DNA from: Azolla caroliniana
Taxonomy: Eukaryota > Plantae > Polypodiophyta
Reading direction: 5' to 3'
Assembly: GCA_043228905.1 (NCBI GenBank)
Contig: JBHGNT010000094.1
Location: 28,542-92,541, forward strand
Length of the DNA stretch: 64,000 bases
Shown piece after piece: positions 47,849 to 57,026 of the stretch. Numbering within the stretch: position 1 is the first letter of the stretch; each line of letters opens with the position of its first letter. The translations under genes and the position numbers were made by a program. The notes below the pieces were generated by a model. It saw only the letters and a program-made list of their open reading frames with translations. It was not told the origin of the DNA and made no database searches.

Positions 47849-50800
47849 ATGTCTAGACCAAACGACGACCACATCACCGAACGAGGGAGACGATACACCG
47901 AACGAGAGCAACGACGGGAAGCCCTGCAGCAAGCCGTCGACAAGATCCGGCGAGATCGGTCATTCTCCAGAACTCTTCGAAGAGTCGCAGAAGAAGCACT
48001 GCAGTTCCGGGTTCTGCAAGTCCCCGACGAAGGCAGTAGCATAACAAGCCTGCAAGAGGCAGAAACGATACTACAGACGCTCGCCGGGGGCGATGGGGAC
48101 TCGGAAGCATTCGCAACACTTGAGGCAGAGTCGGAAAGCGACGGAAGCGTTGCGTCCTGGTATAAAAGCAGCCACGACACACCAAACGACCCGGGGGAAG
48201 AGGGGTCAGAAGACTCAGTAACACCAGAGCCAGAGGAAGAAATAACCTTGGAGTTCGGTGACCGGCAATCGCCGAGGGAGGCTGACCGGATACCAACAAC
48301 ACCCGCGAAGGAACCGAAGGAGCGGATACTGACAACACCCGCGGAGGAACCAAAGGACCGGACACCGGCAACACCCGCGGAGGAACTGAAGGAGCGGATA
48401 CCGGCACCAACCGCGGAGGAACCAAAGGTTCTCACACCGACGCCAATAGCGGACAGAGAGCAGAGAAAGCAGGAGAGTCAGTTGAACGACACGATGCCGT
48501 ACCCATACCCAAAGTACCGGGATGAGCCCGACGCGGAGGCACACGTGTACGCATTCCTCCAAACATGGGAAGCCAACCATGTCTCCCAAAGACTGACGGA
48601 GCCCGAAGCCGAACGATCCAAAGTCGCCGAATTCGGCATGACCTTAGAAGGACCGGCGGCCCGATGGCACGCAAAGCACTTACCGGGCAGCTTTGCCACA
48701 TTCGATGCCTTGAAGGCCAAATTCCTCAGGCTTTTTCACAGACAAGTTGAGCAAAGGGAATTGGTCGGGCAGTTCTACACCACCCGGCAGGAAGAGAACG
48801 AGACTGTGCCACAATTCATCATTCGGTTTCAGACCCTGCACAGCCAACTGACGAGAGCACCACCCGAAGACGAAGCCAAAGCAGTCTTTTTGGCCGCGCT
48901 GAAAGAGCCACTTCAAACAATGTGCGGAGTCCTTGATTTCCACACCAGCACAATGGACCAAGTTATTGATCGGGTCTTAGAAATGGACAAGACTAGCTCC
49001 TTCTTGTCGATGGGGATGTTACACCGGGCACTCCCGAAGGAGGAAGACCTGAGGTTCCGACAGGCCTTACAATGCACAACATGCCTAAATTCGGGCCACT
49101 CAACAGTAGACTGCACCCTGCGGACACAATGTATGATCTGCAACTCTCGAGCCCATACAACGGACCGATGCGAATATAACCTGTTAAATCGGTAGGCAGC
49201 ACCGGTTCGACACATAGAACCGTGCAATCAGAACCCGGATGAGGATCGATTCCAGAGAGACGACCGCTACCAACGTGAACACGGTAACAGATACGCTGAT
49301 AGAAGACGCGATAACTATGACCGAGAGGAGAAACGCAGAGATAGCTACCCCCGGGACCGGTACGACTGAGACGAATCCCCGGAATACGAACGACGCAGGG
49401 AAGAGAGGCGACAAGGGAACCGAAATTTCCGACGAAATCAAAAGCGTGGATTTTTCCGAAGAGAGGAACGTCGGGAGGCAGCAAGGAATGACAACCCGGT
49501 ATCGGTACCGGATAACCGAAAAACCGAAGACGACCGCCGAAGCATACCCACCCTCCAAACCGGGGACAAAGGAGAAACAAGCAACAGTCACAAGGTGTAC
49601 TGTTATTACTGTCGTAAGGAAGGCCATTATAGTAACCAATGCCCAAGCAAAACCAATGACAAGCAGCCGGCAGTCAACATGGTTACAGCCGAAATAACAG
49701 AAGTACAGCAGGTCACAACCTGGTCAAAGGGAAAGACCGCCGAGTGGGAAGCCCAGGAGGCAATCAGAAAACAAGCGGCGCAATGGATCAAGGAGGCCAA
49801 TGAACAGAATGCGGCAGAAGTCAGAGACCAAAATATGCCAAAAGACGAAGAAATCATACAGCCATGAGAAAACCCGACGTGGCAAGCGCTACAGGACTGT
49901 CAAATCGTGCTGCCGTTAGCACGGCTACTACAGTTGGTGCCATGGTTTACGGCAGACTTACAGGCATCCGTGAGCAAACCAAAGCCGATGCCAGCACCGG
50001 CATTCTTCTCCAACCCGGAGGAAGGACCAGCGGTGGTCGATACAAGTAGCCCAGCGATCACGGCAATCGTGAAAGGAAAGGAAATTGCTGGAACAATTAT
50101 TGACGGAGGTTCCGGGGTAAATGTCATTAGCCGACAGACATGCGATAACCTAGGCATCCGGGAATGGGAACCATGCCCCTTCTGGTTACGCATGGCGGAT
50201 ACCAGCTCAGTCCGACCGACCGGGCTTATCCGGGAGTTGGAAGTAACGATCGGAGGCCACGTATTCCGGATATCGGCCGCGGTGCTACAACTGAATGTAC
50301 AAGGCGCGTACCCCCTACTGCTAGGACGACCATGGCTGCGAACGGCGCATATCAAGCAGAACTGGCAAAAGAACATGATCACATTCCGGCGAGGGAAAAC
50401 AAAGGTACGAGTAACGACGCAACCACGGGTGATCGCCAGTAAGGAAGCAACTCCATTGTATGCGGAAAGCATCAACATGTTGGAGGGATTACCGGACGAG
50501 GAAGTCGAGCGGTACCTCGAGGAACACCCACGAATCGTCCCACTATTTGAGGTGGATATCACAACGGCAGTAGAACCGTACATTACGACGCCGGACGAAC
50601 CGGACCAAGCGGCGATCCGGGAACTGCGACAAGCGCAGGAATCCCTAGAGAGGGAAATGAAGATATCCCAGAGGGTAAAAGCATCCCAACTAGAGGAGGT
50701 GGACCTCGGCACAACAGACAAGCCCTAACCGGTAAATGTCGCAAAGGAATTGCCGAAGGAAGAAAAGAAGGCAATGGTAGCATTATTAACAGACTTCAAG

Positions 50801-53710
50801 GATGTGTTCGCGTGGTCGTACGAAGACATGCGAGGGCTGGACCCCTAGCTCTATCAGCACCAAATTCACCTAAGTACGGACGCGAAACCGATCGCTCAAC
50901 ACAGGTACCGGATGAATCCAAATTATGCAGCGAAGGTGAAGGAGGAAATTGATAAGCTCCTCCGGGTCGGATTTATCCGACCAGTCAAGCAGGCAACCTG
51001 GCTGAGTCTGATAGTGGTGGTCCCGAAAAAGAACGGCAAAATCCGGGTATGCGTGGACTACCGCAAACTAAATGCCGCAACAGTGACCGATGCGTTTCCA
51101 CTACCATTTACGGACGGGGTGTTAGATGCGGTAGCCGGCCACGAAGTTTACAGCTTCCTGGATGGATTTAGCGGCTACAACCAAATACGAATGAACCCGG
51201 CCGACTAGGAGAAGAGAGCGTTCGTTACGGAATGGGGAGTGTTCGTTGCGGTCGTGATGATGTTCGGACTAAAGACGGCTCCAGCGACCTTTCAAAGGAT
51301 AATAATGGAAATTTTCGGGGAATATATCCCCGGTTTTATGCAGGTCTTCCTTGACGATTTCGCGGTCTACAGCCGGCACGGAGAGCATCTCGATCACCTC
51401 CAGCTGTGCTTGGAGAAGTGCCGCGAGTACCGGTTGAGTCTGAACCCGTCCAAGTGCGTCTTTGGAGTGGCAAGTGGCAACTTACTAGGGCACGTGGTGA
51501 GTAAGGAAGGAATCGCGGTAGATCCGGATAAAGTCAAGGCGATTCTCGAGGCACCAGCACCAAATAACGCAAAGGCTTTAAGCCGGTTCCTGGGCCAAAT
51601 AAGGTGGCATAGCCGGATGATACGGCACCTCGCAGACTTCGCTACACCATTACATACCGTCGTACACAGGGTACCCTTCCTATGGGCGGAGACGGAGGAG
51701 GAAGCCTACCAAGCGTTGAAGGTTATGCTGTCGCAAGCTCCAGTGGTGCAACCGCCGGATTGGAGTAAAAGCTTTCACGTCTTCGTCGACGCGTCGGACG
51801 TAGCAATCGGCAGCGTTCTGATGCAACTCACGGAGCCGAAATGGTACCGACCGGTGTATTGCGCAAGCCGGAAACTCTCAAAAGCCGAACGGAACTACTC
51901 TACGACGGAACGCGAGGCATTAGGAATGGTGTATAGTGTCACAAAGTACAGGCACTATCTGCTCGGAAGGAAGTTTTCCTTCCATGTTGACCATTCGGCA
52001 CTACTCTACCTGGTCTCGAAGGCATCCCTGACGGGAAAAATTGCACGATGGACACTGCTGTTACAGGAATTTGAATTCGACATTTTCCACCGACCCGGGG
52101 CGCAGCATGCGGTAGCGGACTACCTAAGCAGACTCGAATCCGGAGAAGCAGGGGACGGCGTCCAGGATGAGTTCCCCGACGCCGAGTTGTTCTGTATCAC
52201 GACGAAATCGGCAACGGATGCAACGGTAGCTGATGAAGACACGTGGCTAACTGAGATGCATCAATTCCTGAGCACCGGAGTACCCCCGGAAAACATGGAC
52301 CGCGATGAAAGGAAAAGGGTAGCAGTAAGAAGCAAACATTTCTGCTTGGTTGGAGACACCCTCTATCACAAGGGGGCAGATGGCATCTGGAGACGAGCAG
52401 TGCGGAGCGATGAGAAGGATCTAATCCTCAGGGAAGCCCACTGTGGAATTACCGCTCGGAAAATATGGCAGAGCGGACTGTGGTGGCCCACCACTCTAAA
52501 AGATGCCGTGAAGTATAGCAGAGAATGCGATTTGTGTCAACGACTGGGCCAACCCATAGAGCAGGCCCGAATGCCACACCACCCGGTCTTGCCATTGGAA
52601 CCGTTTCAAAAGTGGGGTTTGGACTTTGTCGGTCCCTTCAAGCCACCGGCAATGCGAACCGGAAATCGGTATGTCATAGTGGCGACCGACTATTGCACCA
52701 AATGGGTAGAAGCAAAGGCCTTACGGGACAACACGACCGCGTCCACGGCAAAGTTCCTATACGAGTGCATATGGTGCCGGTATGGATGCCCGATCGAGCT
52801 TATAAGTGACCAAGGAGGACATTTTCTCGGGCAGGTAGTAGAAAGCCTGACATCATTTTACGCGGTGGTACATAAAAAGAGTACTCCCTACTACCCTCAA
52901 GCCAATGAACTAGCGGAATCAACGAACAAAACTCTGCAGAACATCCTACGAAAAATCGTCAACGAGAACCGGACCGACTGGGATACGAAATTGCAAAGCG
53001 CGCTATGGGCGTACCGAACAACGTACAAAACCAGCATCCGGACAACCCCGTTCCGACTAGCATTCGGTTTAGAAGCGGTCATGCCGGTAGAGTTCTAGAT
53101 CCCCAGCTTACGGATCCAGGTAAAGGAGCGCTTAAGTAAGCAGTGGTATCAACGAATCCGGCTGGCGACGTTGTTGGAATTAGAAGAAAACCGAATAGCC
53201 AGCTTACTACAACTCGAACTGGAGAAAAGGAGGAGAAAAGCTTTCATGGACCGACACCGGCGTGGCAACGAAAAGGAGTTCGAAGTCGGGAAACCGGTGC
53301 TACTGTTCCAGACACGGATGGGGAACATGCCGGGAAAGTTGCGGTTTCGGTGGACCGGACCGTTCTGGATCACCAAGGAGTACAATGGGTCGTATTAGCT
53401 CGGCACGTTGTCTGGAGAAGTCATCGATAAGTGGGCAAATGGGTTTCGGCTAAAGCCGTATAAGGGAAATATGCCAGCCAACCCGTTCAAGCAAAACCCG
53501 GAAATCCGGCAAGATGAGGAACCGACACCGACAGACGTTGCTGAAGATATCCGGACCGAGGAGGAACCGACACCGATAGACACTGCTGCAGATATCCGGA
53601 CCGAGGAAGAACCGACACCGATACTGACAAAGACTATCCCGGAAAACCGACAGAAGGATCCGGTGTCAGCGCGAACCGACCCGAACAAATCGGGGGGGAC
53701 TAGAAAATGA
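47849..53710 (+). pseudogene. Single-frame Gag-PR-RT-RH-IN of element E, about 8 in-frame stops, no frameshift
   Basis: All ORF pieces share one frame. Three CCHC knuckles, IIDGGSGVN, CVDYRKLN, FLDGFSGYNQI, VFLDDF, VDASD, WGLDFVGP, SDQGGHF, KLRFRWTGPF. 36-bp repeats at about 48285-48430 and 45-bp repeats at about 53503-53630. Confidence 0.93.
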
Positions 53711-53961
53711 CGTGGTCCAAACAAACAGAATAATAATAATAATAATAATAAATCATAGTAGTGATGGGGAGATCACAAGAGGTGGGAGCACCACCATGCA
53801 ACGAAGAGGCGCCATGCAGTAAAGAAGGACGTGCGCGTACTTGCTATTTAAAGCATGGAACGTGGGCGCTCACACGCGGCAAGCAAGAAAGGACATACTA
53901 ATTATGGCGGGAGATGGACATGCGCGGGAAATGAAAAAGGGCGGCTCGAGGCAAAAGCCAC

Positions 53962-53968
53962 TATATAA
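53962..53968 (+). promoter_or_regulatory. Candidate TATA box for ORF2
   Basis: TATATAA about 140 nt upstream of ATG 54105, in the pol-ORF2 spacer. Confidence 0.5.
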
Positions 53969-54104
53969 GACACAGGCCTGTGAAGGCCTTACTTTTTACG
54001 AATTTTCCTACACACAAGCGCAGAAGCACAGAAGAGCGATCCGACGCACAGCGCACACACATCCCGATCCTGAACAACAGACAGCAGAAGAAGAATTCGA
54101 ACCA

Positions 54105-57026
54105 ATGGCACTGTCGGAGGAGGCACGCCAATGGATGAGGGAGAACGGGTTAGAAGGATTGTTGCGGATCGCCGACGCTCCACCACACGCAAAACCAGAG
54201 CAAGCGGCAGCATCGATTGATTTATCAGAAATCACGGAAGGAGCGGTGCAGGCGCTCACGGGGATAAAAGCAGGAGGACTTCAAACGATCGAAAACCCTT
54301 CAAGTGAAATCCTGTTCGAATATTTCGGTGAGTATTCCATCAGCAACAAGGCGTACCGTACACAGGGCGGAGAGAACCTGCTGTTCGGAGAAGTGGCCCG
54401 CGCCATGATGGAATACGGATTCGTGAATTCTCGTCCCCCGGCCATACCCAGGTACCGGGCAGCGTTCTTAATTGCAACGTACGAAGGATTACAAGTGGAC
54501 TGGCTTCATTTCATAACCGAAGGATTGAAGGAGGCCATCAAGAACCTTGTGGAAGGAAAAAAGCCATGGGCCGGGATAGCACAATGGCTAACGGTGTTAG
54601 TCCCACCGGTGCTCCCCATCAAACAAAAGAAAAGAGGTCGGCAGGAGACGACGTCGAAAAAGGTCACAAAGCGCCGACATATCCTAGAGAAACACACCCC
54701 CGGATGGACCCAGGAAGAAGCAGAACAGCGGGGGGAAGGACCATCCCGACAGCAACAGGAACCGGCAACAAAGGCAAAACCGGCAGGAAAAGGCAAAGGG
54801 AAATCGGCCGAGGAGGAACCAGTAGTGCTCAAACCAATCAATATAACACTGCGACGGCCGGAACCGGAACCAGAGGTCTTTATCCAAAAGGTCCGTCTAG
54901 TAGCCGCACCGGAGGAGGAAGCTGAAACAGAAGACTCATCCGAACCACTGGTAAGACTCCTAGCAAGACAAGTTCGGGAGAGACGGGCGAAAGGACCGGC
55001 TCCACCAGTTGACAAAACTCAGTAGAGGGTGCAAGGACCACCTCCAGTAGCCGAGGCGGAAGCAGTACCAAAACCCGTACCGAGGGAAGCAGCACCGACA
55101 CCGGTTTTGCCGGACTTCAGAGAACCGGTCATCCCAGAGAAGAGGAATGAACAAGCGCCGGAGCTAGAGAAAAGGCCGGAAAAACAGCCTGAGTTAAGGA
55201 GTAGAAGTGAGCAAGGCTACCCCGACACAGGAAGCACAAAGCCACAATGGTTGAGATGGCTTTCGGAGCAGTTATCGGGAGTAGCGGCCCAGTTAGAGGA
55301 AGAAGAAACGTGTAGGCAACATCTGACGCATCCAACAACCCAGGAGTTGGTCGCGCTCCGAACACAAATCGAGGAATTGCAAGGGGAGTTGTTGCAGGCA
55401 AGGGAAGGAATTCAACAAGCACAAGTTGTCACCGAGCCGGTCGGGACAACAAGGAAGCAACCAAAACTGGAACCGGAACCAGTAGCCTTGCAAATCGGCC
55501 CTGAGACCGAAAAAATAATAGAAACCTTACGAGAGGAGTTAAAAGCTCAGGAGGCATTAAGGGAAAAAGAAAGGGAGCAGCGGAAAGCGGTGGAGGATGA
55601 CAGACGGAAAATGGAAGAAGGCCTCCGGAAAGGCCGAGCCACTAATGACCGACTGCAAGAAGAAAAAGAGAAGCTGCAAAAGGAGAAGGACCGACTGCAT
55701 CGACATGCCGAGCAGGAGATAGAACGACTGCAGGAAGAACTCTGACAACAGAAGGACCGGGATGACCGGTTAAGAGCTCAGGCAAACCGACGCCTGAAGC
55801 AGAAGACGGAGGACTTCGACCATCTCTACCGAGATCACAAGCAGGCCGAGTCGGACAACAAGAAACGGGCAGCAGACTACGACCGGCAAATAGAGAAGCT
55901 GAAAGAACAGCTCAAAGAGACCCGATTAGACCTGGCTAAGACAATGGATGAGGTCAGTGCCAAAAAGGAAGCATTGTCGGCGGAAATAACCCAAGCGACG
56001 GAGAGAAGGAAGGAATTAGAGGCGCTAAGGCGGGAAAAGCTGGATCTGACCAAGATCAGGAATGAAGAAAAGGAAAGATCGACCTTCACGATCAACAAAC
56101 TGCAAAGTACCTATGAAAAGCAGAAAGCGGATTACGAGGCCCAGGCTCAGATAATGGCCGACATTATAAAACGGGCAAGGAAGGAAAAGCAAGAAGCTTA
56201 TGCGCATGCTAAGGCGGGGGTTGACCGGATCAAGCTCATCATGTCAGGTTGGAGTACCCGAGCTCAGGCAAGCATCAACGAAAGTACGGAAAAGCTATGG
56301 AAGGAGTGGTCACAACAGGCAGCCGAACTGCAGACACTCCGAGTTGATGCCGAGAATCGGAGGAAGACCGGTGACAAGTTCTACAAGATGGATGAAGAAA
56401 GTATCGTCGCCATTCGGGAAGAATTGTCGGAGGATTTCTACGCTTTAGCGGAAGAACATCTCAAAGAAATCTGAGGGTTGGTAGAGAGGTTGGATGACGG
56501 GCAGCTCGCAACTCAGTTGGAGTTGGAGAAATACGAGCAGGACCGGTTACGACAGGAAGCCAAGGGAAGAACGGCGCCAATCACTATAGGTGAGGGAGAG
56601 CGACCGGCTGAAGTTGAACCAACCGACACCGAACAACCCCGACAAGGAATACCCGAAGAAGAACTTCCGTTCGAAGGAAATCAAGAAGAGCAGGAGCAGA
56701 CCGATGCCGGAGAAGAAGAAGAGCTGAGACCGGAAGACACCAGAGCAGAGGAAGAAGGCGCACCGAGCCGACCAGTCGAGACCGGAGAAAGCGACACTGG
56801 TAACAGAACAGAGCCTGGAACGGAGGGAGAATAGGAAGAACCCGGACGGAGCGGTGAGGAAGCACCAGCACCACAGAATCAAGCAGAGCCGGAGCAGCAA
56901 ATTTTTACGGAACAGCCAACCCAACCGGAGGTCGAAGACCAGGCAGGCAAGGAACAGGAATTGGAGGAAGAAGCACCACTTGACACCATCGAGCAGAGTG
57001 TGCTCGATATTTTGGAGGAAGAATGA
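54105..57026 (+). pseudogene. Extra 3' ORF of element E (~970 aa): globular N-terminus, long coiled coil, acidic tail
   Basis: ORFs at 53841, 55029, 55944 and 56478 share one frame, separated only by TAG/TGA at 55023, 55743, 56472 and 56832. E/K/R/L/Q-rich heptad region. Confidence 0.8.

Noticed and set aside
49193-49195. Programmed stop read-through between gag and pol in element E
   Set aside because: It is one of about 8 scattered TAG/TGA/TAA stops, several inside RT or IN, which fits mutational decay better.
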